24,000 nucleotides of DNA from an uncultured Actinomycetota bacterium. GTDB taxonomy: Bacteria > Actinomycetota > Actinomycetes > Streptosporangiales > Streptosporangiaceae. The notes beneath the pieces are model-generated. The model made no database searches and was not told where the DNA came from. It saw nothing but the letters and a program-made list of their open reading frames with translations. Below are positions 13,214-21,281 of the stretch, piece after piece; positions within the stretch are counted from its first letter, which is position 1; every line of letters begins with the position of its first letter. A program made the position numbers and the translations under genes. The DNA is taken from the NCBI GenBank assembly GCA_963755575.1, contig CAVWKF010000002.1, positions 1,418,728 through 1,442,727 of the forward strand. Reading direction: 5' to 3'.

Positions 13214-13963
13214 ATGGGCATCGAGACGCACACCAGCGACGGCATCGCGGAGGTCGTGATCGACTTTCCGCCCGTCAATGCCCTGCCGGTGCAGGGCTGG
13301 TTCGACCTGGCGGACGCGATCTCGAAGGCTGGTCAGGATTCCGCCGTGCGCGTCGTGATCCTCGCGGCTCGTGGGCGCGGCTTCTGCGCGGGCGTCGACA
13401 TCAAGGAGATGCAGCGGTCGCCCGGACACGACGCCCTGATCGGCGCGAACCGCGGTTGCTACGCGGCGTTCGCGGCCGTGTACGAGTGCGCCGTGCCGGT
13501 CATCGCCGCGGTCCAGGGATTCTGCCTCGGTGGCGGCGTCGGGCTCGCCGGCAGCGCGGACATCGTCATCGCCGCGGACGACGCGACCTTCGGGTTGCCT
13601 GAGATCGACCGGGGCGCGCTCGGGGCGGCGACGCACCTGTCTCGCCTCGTGCCGCAGCAGCTGATGCGAGCGATGGTGTACACGTGCGACCCCGTTCCCG
13701 CTCTGGAACTGAAGAGGTACGGCACAGTCCTCGACGTCGTGCCCGCGGCCGAGCTACAGGCGGCGGCTCGAGCATTCGCTGCCAAGGTAGCGGCCAAGGA
13801 CGGCGAGATCATCCGGCTGGCGAAGCAGTCGCTGAACGGCATCGAGCCGGTCGACATGCGTCGTTCGTACCGCTATGAGCAAGGGTTCACGTTCGAGCTG
13901 AACCTGACCGGGATCTCTGACCAGGCGCGGCAGTCGTTCGTCGACGGACCTCGTAGTGGCTGA
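13214..13963 (+). CDS. echA20: Enoyl-CoA hydratase EchA20 (HIP pathway)
   Basis: DFPPVNALP, GRGFCAGVDIKEMQR, ANRGCYAAFAAVYECAVPVIAAV.GFC.GGG, ATFGLPEIDRGALGAATHLSRLVPQ and YRYEQGFTFELNL all track my memory of Mtb Rv3550 closely. The gene lies immediately upstream of ipdAB. Confidence 0.9.
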   Translation: MGIETHTSDGIAEVVIDFPPVNALPVQGWFDLADAISKAGQDSAVRVVILAARGRGFCAGVDIKEMQRSPGHDALIGANRGCYAAFAAVYECAVPVIAAVQGFCLGGGVGLAGSADIVIAADDATFGLPEIDRGALGAATHLSRLVPQQLMRAMVYTCDPVPALELKRYGTVLDVVPAAELQAAARAFAAKVAAKDGEIIRLAKQSLNGIEPVDMRRSYRYEQGFTFELNLTGISDQARQSFVDGPRSG

Positions 13964-14885
13964 CGCCGACGGCAGGACCGGGGCGATCATGACGGTCGCG
14001 CAGGTCATGGGCGAGCTGCGGTCCGGCATGACGATAGGGATCGGCGGCTGGGGCTCACGGCGCAAGCCCATGGCGCTGGTCCGGGCGCTTGCCGCGTCGG
14101 ACCTGACGAATCTGGAGATCGTCAGTTACGGCGGTCCTGACGTCGGGCTGCTCGTGGCGGCGGGCAAGGTCCGGCGGGTAGTGACCGGATTCGTATCCCT
14201 GGACTCGATCCCGCTCGAGCCGCACTTCCGGCTGGCCCGGCAGAGCGGCGCCATCAAGCTAACCGAGCTCGACGAGGGCATGCTGCACTGGGCGCTGCTT
14301 GCCGCGGCGCACCGGCTGCCGTTCCTGCCCATGCGCGCCGGGCTCGGCTCCGACGTGCTGCGCGTCAACCCCGAGCTGCGGACAATCCGGTCGCCGTACG
14401 CCGACGGCGAGGAGTTCGTCGCGGTGCCGGCCCGCCCGCTGGACGCAGCGCTCATCCACATGAACCGTGCCGACTCGCGCGGCAACGGCCAGTACCTGGG
14501 GCCGGATCCGTACTTCGACAATCTGTACTGCCTGGCCGCCAAGCGGGCTTACATGTCCTGTGAGCGGATTGTCCCGACGGCGGATCTGCTCGCGAGCGGG
14601 CCGCAGCAGAGTCTGCTCATCAACCGGGCCATGGTCACCGGAGTCGTGGAGACGCCCAATGGCGCGCACTTCACGAGCTGTGTGCCGGACTACGGGCGGG
14701 ACGAGGCATTCCAGGCGCTGTACGCGCGGTCTGCCGCAAGCCCGGAAGCGTGGGCGAGGTTTGCGTCCGAGTTCCTCGCGGGCGGGGAGCCGGACTACCA
14801 GGCGGCGGTCGCGAAGTTTGCCGCCGAGCGGGCTGAGGCTGGCGCGCGGTCAGCCAGCCAGGCCGACGATGCGGTCCGGCCGTGA
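13956..14885 (+). CDS. ipdA: CoA-transferase alpha subunit IpdA (COCHEA-CoA ring-D hydrolase component)
   Basis: LRSGMTIGIGGWGSRRKPMA, GFVSLDS, MDEGML, LPFLPMRAGLGS, GPDPYFDNL and GAHFTSCVPDYGRDEAFQ match recalled Rv3551. The GTG at 13956 overlaps the echA20 stop. The ATG at 13989 is an alternative start. Confidence 0.9.
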   Translation: MADADGRTGAIMTVAQVMGELRSGMTIGIGGWGSRRKPMALVRALAASDLTNLEIVSYGGPDVGLLVAAGKVRRVVTGFVSLDSIPLEPHFRLARQSGAIKLTELDEGMLHWALLAAAHRLPFLPMRAGLGSDVLRVNPELRTIRSPYADGEEFVAVPARPLDAALIHMNRADSRGNGQYLGPDPYFDNLYCLAAKRAYMSCERIVPTADLLASGPQQSLLINRAMVTGVVETPNGAHFTSCVPDYGRDEAFQALYARSAASPEAWARFASEFLAGGEPDYQAAVAKFAAERAEAGARSASQADDAVRP

Positions 14886-15658
14886 CGGCCACCGGGGGCG
14901 AGCCGACGCTGGCCGAGATCTGCGTGGTTGCCTGCGCGGAGGCGTGGCGTGGTGACGGGGCGATACTGGCCAGCCCGATGGGTGTCATCCCGACCCTGGG
15001 CGCCCGGCTGGCGCAGCTCACCTTCGAACCGGACTTGCTGCTGACCGACGGCGAGGCGACGCTGCTGCGCGGCGCCGCCAGCGACGACGCCCGCGACGGA
15101 GGCGGCGAGCAGGTCGCGGAGGGGTGGCTACCGTTCCGCGAGGTGTTCACCATGCTGGCCGCGGGCAAACGGCACGTGATGATGGGCGCGGCGCAGCTCG
15201 ACGTGTTCGGCAATCAGAACATCTCGTGCATCGGGGACTGGGCGCGGCCGAAGGCGCAGCTGCTCGGCGTCCGCGGCGCGCCCGGCAATACCGTGAACCA
15301 TCCGGTGAGCTACTGGGTACCCAAGCACTCGCGCCGAGTGTTCGTCGACCAGGTCGACATGGCCAGCGGAGTCGGCTACGACCGGGCGAAAGGGCTGTCC
15401 GGCCGGACTGCCGGATTCCACGAGCTCCGCCGTGTGGTGACGAACCTGGCCGTCCTCGACTTCGGCGGTCCCGAGCACTCCATGCGGCTGCGGTCAGTAC
15501 ATCCGGGCGTCTCGGTGTCCGAGGTGGCCGAGGCCACCGGCTTCCTGCTGGCGGCGCCGTACCAGGTGCCGCACACGAGGCGGCCGACGGCGGCCGAGGT
15601 CACGCTGATCCGGGAGCGCCTGGACCCGGATTCGCGGCGCGACGAGGAGCTGGCGTGA
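14882..15658 (+). CDS. ipdB: CoA-transferase beta subunit IpdB
   Basis: The GTG start overlaps the ipdA stop (GTGA at 14882-14885). Its size and its position after ipdA match Rv3552. The motifs FGNQNIS and GAPGN are typical of glutaconate-CoA-transferase beta-like subunits. Confidence 0.88.
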   Translation: MTATGGEPTLAEICVVACAEAWRGDGAILASPMGVIPTLGARLAQLTFEPDLLLTDGEATLLRGAASDDARDGGGEQVAEGWLPFREVFTMLAAGKRHVMMGAAQLDVFGNQNISCIGDWARPKAQLLGVRGAPGNTVNHPVSYWVPKHSRRVFVDQVDMASGVGYDRAKGLSGRTAGFHELRRVVTNLAVLDFGGPEHSMRLRSVHPGVSVSEVAEATGFLLAAPYQVPHTRRPTAAEVTLIRERLDPDSRRDEELA

Positions 15659-16740
15659 CGACCGGCGCTGCGGCCCCCATCCGCACGCGGCTGACGGACC
15701 TTACTGGCATCCGGTACCCGATTGTGCAGACCGGGATGGGCTTCGTCGCCGGCGCGCGGCTCGCGTCCGCGACGTCCGCGGCTGGCGGCCTGGGCATCAT
15801 CGGCTCGGCCACGATGACGCTGGACGCGCTGCGGACTGCGCTCGCCGCGGTCAAGGAGCGCACCGACGCCCCGTTCGGCGTGAACCTTCGCGCCGATGCG
15901 CCCGACGCCGCGGACCGTATCGAGCTGATGATCAGCGCTGGCGTGCGCGTGGCATCGTTCGCGCTGGCGCCCAAGGCGGACATGATCAAGCGGCTGAAGG
16001 ACGCCGGGGTGATCGTGATCCCGTCGGTCGGTGCACGACGGCACGCTGAGAAGGTCGCACAGTGGGGCGCCGACGCGGTCATCGTGCAGGGCGGCGAGGG
16101 CGGCGGGCACACCGGGCCGATCCCGACCAGCCTGCTACTCCCGCAGGTCGTCTCGGCCGTGGATATCCCGGTCGTCGCGGCCGGCGGTTTCTTTGACGGG
16201 CGGGGTCTTGTCGCGGCGCTGGCCTACGGGGCCGAGGGGATCGCGATGGGCACCCGGTTCCTGCTCACGACCGACAGTCCCGTCGCCGATCAGGTCAAGC
16301 AGGTCTACCTCGGCAAGACGCTGACCGACACTGTGGTGACCACGCGGGTGGACGGCGTGCCGCACCGAGTCCTGCGCACGCCCCTGATCGAAGGCCTGGA
16401 ACGGTCCGGTCAGCTGACCGGCGTGGTGCGTGCGGCGCGGAACGCGGCCGGATTCCGCAAGCTGTCAGGACTCAGCTGGGCGGAGCTCATCAGGCAGGGC
16501 CAGGCGATGCGGCGCAGCACTGAGCTGAGCTGGAGCCAGGTCCTGATGGCAGCGAACACCCCGATGCTGCTGAAGGCCGCGATGGTGGACGGTCGGCCCG
16601 ACCTCGGCGTGATGGCGGCGGGCCAGGTCGTCGGGCTGATCGAGGACGTACCTTCGTGCGCGGAGCTCATCGAGCGGATCATGGCGGAGGCGCATGACTC
16701 CCTGACCCGGCTCGGCAAGCTCGCGGCGGCGGAGGGCTAG
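15655..16740 (+). CDS. ipdC: NMO/enoyl-reductase-fold flavoprotein IpdC
   Basis: It lies in the frame of track ORF 15124-16740, but the upstream part overlaps ipdB as Arg/Gly junk. The GTG at 15655 overlaps the ipdB stop (GTGA). YPIVQTGMGFVA, VIVQGGEGGGHTG and VAAGGFFDGRGL are nitronate-monooxygenase-fold motifs, as in Rv3553. Confidence 0.85.
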   Translation: MTTGAAAPIRTRLTDLTGIRYPIVQTGMGFVAGARLASATSAAGGLGIIGSATMTLDALRTALAAVKERTDAPFGVNLRADAPDAADRIELMISAGVRVASFALAPKADMIKRLKDAGVIVIPSVGARRHAEKVAQWGADAVIVQGGEGGGHTGPIPTSLLLPQVVSAVDIPVVAAGGFFDGRGLVAALAYGAEGIAMGTRFLLTTDSPVADQVKQVYLGKTLTDTVVTTRVDGVPHRVLRTPLIEGLERSGQLTGVVRAARNAAGFRKLSGLSWAELIRQGQAMRRSTELSWSQVLMAANTPMLLKAAMVDGRPDLGVMAAGQVVGLIEDVPSCAELIERIMAEAHDSLTRLGKLAAAEG

Positions 16741-17076
16741 GCCAGCTCGGCTGCGACCTGTTCAGGATTGTCGATCGTCAGCACGATGTGGTCGTAGTGC
16801 TGGCCCGTGAGGTCGAGCACCAGGCCAGGCCCGTTGCCATGACAGAGCGGCGAACGTGCTGCCGTCCCCGCCCTTGAAGCTGCCGACCATTGTCACGCCC
16901 GGGATACCCGAGCCCACGAGCTTGAAGCCGTGCACCTCGTCCATAGAGCTGGATACAACGCGTACGCCCGTGATCGCGCTGCGCGGAAGAGTCAGGTCAC
17001 CGTGCAGCGCTTCCGCCTTCTCGCCGAGAGAGAGCTGGAACGTCACAGAGTCGTCGTTGATCACGAGATTAGCCAC
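16737..17076 (-). pseudogene. Small conserved hypothetical protein (about 112 aa) needing a frame change near 16842-16850
   Basis: The GTG at 17076 gives ANLVINDDSVTFQLSLGEKAEALHGDLTLPRSAITGVRVV...GSFKGGDGSTFAA, which then turns into Arg/Pro junk. The neighbouring frame continues as (C)HGNGPGLVLDLTGQHYDHIVLTIDNPEQVAAELA and stops at 16737-16739. The span is 340 nt, one more than a multiple of 3. Confidence 0.55.
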
Positions 17077-17083
17077 ACGCCAG

Positions 17084-17089
17084 ATTATG
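17084..17089 (-). promoter_or_regulatory. Candidate -10 (CATAAT on the minus strand) 7 nt upstream of the GTG at 17076, implying a leaderless transcript
   Basis: The minus strand reads GCATAATCTGGCGTGTG. This is the same geometry as the kstR2 promoter candidate. Confidence 0.3.
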
Positions 17090-17128
17090 CCCGCGCGGAG
17101 ATCAGATTACTGCTCTGCCTGACCCTGG

Positions 17129-18169
17129 CTAGCCTGCCTCGATGGCACGGTTGCCGACCAGGACGATCCAGACTTGCCCGGGCGCGAAGGTCATTCGCTG
17201 GCCCGACATGGTGGTGTACGTAGTGCCCCCGTTGAAACTCGGCCGCGACCATCGGACGTTGTAGGCCTTCCCGCCCCGCAGCACCACCGCAGTCCCGTGA
17301 CCCACAGTCTCCGCGTACGGCGGAGGAACGCCGTATTCCAGGTATCCGGACTTGCGCACAGTTGTGCGCTGCATGACGACAGTGGCAGGCGCGAGCGGGC
17401 CTCCGTCGGTGGTCGTCGCCGACCTGCCGTCTATCGTGACCAGCCAGTGATGCCTGGACGCGGACCAGGTAAAGGTGTAGCTCGTGGCTGGGTAGGACAC
17501 CGAATACGAGCGAGTGACCTGACCACCTGCCGGCGCCGGGCCGAACCTGAAACCGATGCTGTGCGCCTTGCTGGCGCCCTTGGCCTCCGACAGCAGCGTG
17601 CGCGTGGTCGCGAACAGGTTGTACGGCGCAATCCGCCCGTAGTTGCGGTAGTAGCCGCCTACCCGCCCGGCGTACAGGTCGACGATGCGGGCATGCTCCA
17701 CGACCGGCAGCAGCTGTCCCTGCGCGCCCGAGAACGCGAACGCGGGACGGCCGAACTGGCCTAGCAGTTCGAGGTCGTCTTTCCTGGCGCTGCGCACCGG
17801 TCCGATGACAGGCGGGAAATGCGACGAGAAAACAGCGAGGAACCGGGTGAGACCGCCCTCCACCGGCAGCACGTAGACGATGTCCGCGTCGGTCAGCCCG
17901 GTCTGCGGCCGGGCAAAGACGATATTGTCGATCTTGACCGCGAGCACGCCGCCAAGCGACTTCACCGGCTCACCGGTGAACGGTGACACCAGCGGCTGGG
18001 CGACGACCGGAACCGGGGTCGCCTGCGGCGTCAGCTGGGCCGCTCGATGGGCCGTCGGCGCAGCTGGGTTGGCGGCCAGGACTGCGATCATAGTGCCGAT
18101 AGACGCGATCGCCGCGACGGCCGTGGCCGCCGCCGCCGTCGCGATGATCTTGGTTCTGCTCGGCCACAT
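17129..18169 (-). CDS. DUF3048 domain protein (YerB-like), secreted or membrane-anchored
   Basis: The ATG at 18169 has GGAGA 7 nt upstream. The track start at 18382 adds 71 Arg-rich residues and overlaps the upstream gene. The N-terminal hydrophobic anchor is IIATAAAATAVAAIASIGTMIAVLAA. LAVKIDN, PVEGGLTRFLAVF and GPVRSAR are DUF3048 hallmarks. Confidence 0.75.
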   Translation of the reverse strand: MWPSRTKIIATAAAATAVAAIASIGTMIAVLAANPAAPTAHRAAQLTPQATPVPVVAQPLVSPFTGEPVKSLGGVLAVKIDNIVFARPQTGLTDADIVYVLPVEGGLTRFLAVFSSHFPPVIGPVRSARKDDLELLGQFGRPAFAFSGAQGQLLPVVEHARIVDLYAGRVGGYYRNYGRIAPYNLFATTRTLLSEAKGASKAHSIGFRFGPAPAGGQVTRSYSVSYPATSYTFTWSASRHHWLVTIDGRSATTTDGGPLAPATVVMQRTTVRKSGYLEYGVPPPYAETVGHGTAVVLRGGKAYNVRWSRPSFNGGTTYTTMSGQRMTFAPGQVWIVLVGNRAIEAG

Positions 18170-18180
18170 GGCTATCTCCG

Positions 18181-19194
18181 TTACGGGGTGCGGCTCGCGT
18201 CGATCTGGTCGAAGTCGCCGAAGCCGTTGTAGGTCCCGCCGCCGCCAGACCACTGCCACATAAGGCCGTACTTCGATCCGCTGGTCACGCCGCCGAAGAA
18301 CTTCGCGCACGTGCTCGTGCCTGATAGGCACCAGCCGCTTGGGTGGTGGCTGAGGCTGCTGGTATCGCCGGTGTAGGTCCACTCGTAGGTGTTGGGGATG
18401 GAAGCGGTGCTACCGCTGCCGAAGATCGATCCCCAGATGCTCGGCGCCGAGTACACGCCCGCCTTGTAGGACGACCGAGTGGTCACGAAGTTGGCGAAGG
18501 CGTTGAATTCCGCCCGGTCGACGCTCGCAGGGACGTAGCTGGACTTGACTATGCCGCTGCACGCCGAGGTGTACACGGAATTCCAGCCATTGTCGGAAGC
18601 CGGCGTATAACTAGGCGCGTGCCCAGGCAGCTCCACGTCCATGAAGATGATCGGGTAATTCGGCTTGTGGCTCCCGGTCGCCGTGGCGAGCTCGCTCAGC
18701 GCCGTGGCCGCTTGGGCGTCCCCCCAGACCGCGGCCTCATGGGTGGTCCCGTTGTAGTGCGGATCGACACCTGGGCCGCCCATGAACCAGTAGACGCCGA
18801 CGCCGATCCCCTTGTGGTATGTCACGAAGTTGGTGCGGGCGGCGTTGCTGTCGGTCGTCGACCACACCACCTTGGTGCCAGCGCAGTGCTCCCGGACGGC
18901 CCAGTTCCCGGCCATCCCGATGTACCCGCCGTAGTATCCGCCGATGGCGGGCGTGTGATAGGGCGCGGCGCCCGAGATGGCCATGTTGTTGCTATCGGTG
19001 CCGTTCCAGAATCCGGTGACAGCGGCCGCGCTGGCGGCTGAGGTCGTGGTCGCGGCCGTCGTACTGACAGCGCCCGCAGAGCCGACTGAGATCGCGATCC
19101 CGACCCCAGCGCAGGTGGCGAGCGCGGCCAAGCCGGCTATCGGCCTGCTCCGCAGCTGCCTGCGCGTGAAGAATCTAGCCAACGCGATCGCCAT
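18181..19194 (-). CDS. Secreted protein with a possible Tat signal; glycoside-hydrolase-like (GH25/DUF1906, Rv2525c-like) fold suspected
   Basis: The protein begins MAIALARFFTRRQLRSRPIAGLAALATCAGVG, followed by an Ala/Thr/Ser linker. FMDVE and the C-terminal WQWSGGG...GDFDQIDA resemble GH25/DUF1906 motifs. The start is uncertain: ATG at 19194 or TTG at 19236. Confidence 0.5.
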   Translation of the reverse strand: MAIALARFFTRRQLRSRPIAGLAALATCAGVGIAISVGSAGAVSTTAATTTSAASAAAVTGFWNGTDSNNMAISGAAPYHTPAIGGYYGGYIGMAGNWAVREHCAGTKVVWSTTDSNAARTNFVTYHKGIGVGVYWFMGGPGVDPHYNGTTHEAAVWGDAQAATALSELATATGSHKPNYPIIFMDVELPGHAPSYTPASDNGWNSVYTSACSGIVKSSYVPASVDRAEFNAFANFVTTRSSYKAGVYSAPSIWGSIFGSGSTASIPNTYEWTYTGDTSSLSHHPSGWCLSGTSTCAKFFGGVTSGSKYGLMWQWSGGGGTYNGFGDFDQIDASRTP

Positions 19195-19303
19195 CCTCTC
19201 GGGTCCAGCCGACGCCGACCGGCGCCATCTGCCCAAAAATATGCGGTGCTCACAAACATGCCAGCCAGTCCCGCCCGTCTGGACCTGGCACCTAGCAGCC
19301 GCT

Positions 19304-19354
19304 ACAGACTAGCGGCGGCGACAGACTAACGGCGACGACAAGGTAACGGTCGGA
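19304..19354. repeat. 17-bp tandem repeat: two good copies (ACAGACTAGCGGCGGCG, ACAGACTAACGGCGACG) plus a degenerate third
   Basis: Copies 19304-19320 and 19321-19337 match at 15 of 17 positions. The third copy, 19338-19354, matches at only 9 of 17. The repeat lies in the divergent intergenic region upstream of the DGPF-ECF42 genes. Confidence 0.6.
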
Positions 19355-19389
19355 GGGCGCAAGACCGTCGAGAAAAGCCCTCGCGGTCA

Positions 19390-19416
19390 TGTCGATCCGA
19401 GGCAGCCGCGTTCGAC
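19390..19416 (+). promoter_or_regulatory. Candidate ECF42-type promoter: TGTCGA, then CGTT after 13 nt or CGAC after 17 nt
   Basis: TGTCGA at 19390-19395 matches the -35 element I recall for ECF42 targets, with a CGTC-like -10. It lies 58 nt upstream of the DGPF gene ATG. This is a recollection-level match only. Confidence 0.3.
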
Positions 19417-19474
19417 GCTCTGGTAAAACAGGCCGCCGGCACCGCAGCCCGGGGCCCGACAGAAGGGAAAGACC

Positions 19475-19810
19475 ATGAAATTCTTCGGATACACCCTCGG
19501 TGACCCGAGCACCCCGGTAGGCCCCGGGAGCCCGGAACTGTACGAGCGGATGGGCGCTTTCGTCGAGGAAGCCACCAAGGCCGGTGTCCTGCTGGCTACA
19601 GGAGGCCTGGTGCCGCCAGACCAGGGCGTCAAGATCAAGTACCACGATGGCGAGTTCACGGTGCTGGACGGGCCATTCGCCGAGGCCAAGGAGCTTGTTG
19701 GCGGCTGGGCGCTGATGGAGACCAGGGACATCGATGAGGCCGTCGAGTGGACGAAGCGGTTCCTGACCATCGTGGGCGAGGGCGAGAGCACGATCAGGCA
19801 GGTCATCTGA
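19475..19810 (+). CDS. YciI-like / DGPF domain protein
   Basis: The 111-aa protein contains ...FTVLDGPFAEAKELVGGWALMETRDIDEAVEW..., which includes the DGPF motif that names the family. It sits just upstream of an ECF sigma factor with a TPR-like tail. Confidence 0.85.
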   Translation: MKFFGYTLGDPSTPVGPGSPELYERMGAFVEEATKAGVLLATGGLVPPDQGVKIKYHDGEFTVLDGPFAEAKELVGGWALMETRDIDEAVEWTKRFLTIVGEGESTIRQVI

Positions 19811-19952
19811 CGGGCACGAAACGTGACCCGGCGCCAGCGGGGACCGGTGGGCAGAGCGCTGCCAGGCCGGTCCCCGCCGTAGTGTGCCGTCGGCCCCGTG
19901 GCAGCCTACGTCGCCTTGCCGAGCCGGGAACCTGGTGGTGTGATCGGATGTC

Positions 19953-21231
19953 GTGACGGAAGCCAGGACGCAGGCCGCGATCGAGACGGTCATCCGGCTC
20001 GAATCCGCCCGCGTGATCGCCGGTCTGGCCCGCTACACCGGCGACATCGGGCTGGCCGAGGATCTCGCCCAGGACGCGGTCGTTGCGGCGCTGGAGCAGT
20101 GGCCGGCTGAGGGCGTCCCGCGCAACCCCGGCGCCTGGCTCATGACAGTGGCCAAGCGACGCGCGATCGACTTCTTCCGTCGCAATGCTGAGCTGGAGAA
20201 AAAGTACGCTCAGATCGGACGCCTGCTGGCGGCCGAGGGGGCCAGCGTGGTGCCTGACTTCGATCGGGCATTCGCCGACGACATCGATGATGACCTCCTG
20301 CGCCTGATTTTCACCGCGTGTCATCCGGTGCTCAGCCTCCAGGCAAGGGTCGCGCTGACGCTCCGACTGCTCGGGGGCCTGACGACGGCGGAGATCGCGC
20401 GCGCCTACCTTGTCTCGGAGGCAACGATCGCCCAGCGGATCGTGCGGGCGAAGAAGTCGCTGGCCCAGGCGAAAGTCCCGTTCGAGGTACCCGACACGAG
20501 CGAGCGGCCGGCGCGGCTGTCGTCGGTCCTCGAAGTGATCTACCTGATCTTCAACGAGGGTTACTCGGCGACCGCAGGCGATGACTGGATGCGCCCCGGG
20601 CTCTGCGCTGAGGCGGTGCGCCTGGCTCGCGTCCTCGCCCAGCTCGCCCCCGTCCGAGCCGGAAGTGCACGGTCTGACTGCACTGCTGGAGATACAGGCG
20701 TCCAGGATCCCGGCGCGCACAGACTCGGCAGGCGCGCCCGTGCTCCTGCTGGACCAGGACCGGACTCGCTGGGATCGATTGCTGATCAATCGCGGGCTGG
20801 CCGCCTTGGAAAAAGCCCAAGAACTAGGAGGGGAACGGGGTCCGTATGTGCTCCAGGCTGCTATCGCGGCGTGCCACGCTCGCGCGTTCCGGCCTGCCGA
20901 GACGGACTGGCCGCGCATCGTGGCGCTGTACGGCGTTCTTGCCGAGGTCATGCCGTCGCCGATCGTTGAGCTCAACCGCGCCGTGGCCGTGTCCATGGCC
21001 TACGGTCCGCAGGCCGGACTCGATCTCGTCGATCAGTTCGCGGCCGAACCAGCTCTCCAGAGCTACCACCTACTGCCGAGCGTTCGCGGCGATCTGCTGC
21101 GCAAGCTCGGCCGCACTGACGAAGCGCGGGCCGAGTTCGAGCGTGCCGCCGAGCTGACCAGCAATGAGCGCGAGCGACAGCTATCCGCTGAACGGGCCCG
21201 CGAGGCTGCGGCAGACGTCAGCGACGGCTGA
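19953..21231 (+). pseudogene. ECF42-type sigma factor (sigma2/sigma4 plus a long TPR-like C-terminal extension) with a +1 frame change at a C5 run (20647-20651)
   Basis: The N-terminal part (track ORF 19953-20969) is good up to LARVLAQLAP. The continuation SEPEVHGLTALLEIQASR...HLLPSVRGDLLRKLGR...ERAAELTSNERERQ is in track ORF 20581-21231. Removing one C from CCCCC gives ...LAPSEPEVHG.... Confidence 0.8.
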
Positions 21232-21281
21232 GCGGGATTGGCGCCAGACGGCCCCGTTCCCAGCCATGCGAAGATGGCGCC

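Noticed and set aside
15124-15654. An upstream extension of the ipdC ORF (track start 15124, 538 aa)
   Set aside because: It overlaps ipdB out of frame with junk composition. The GTG at 15655 gives the expected 361 aa.
19803-20996. A 397-aa minus-strand ORF
   Set aside because: It lies antisense to the well-supported ECF42 sigma gene. Its composition is Arg/Ser/Pro-rich with no recognisable motifs. Long antisense ORFs of this kind are typical of high-GC DNA.
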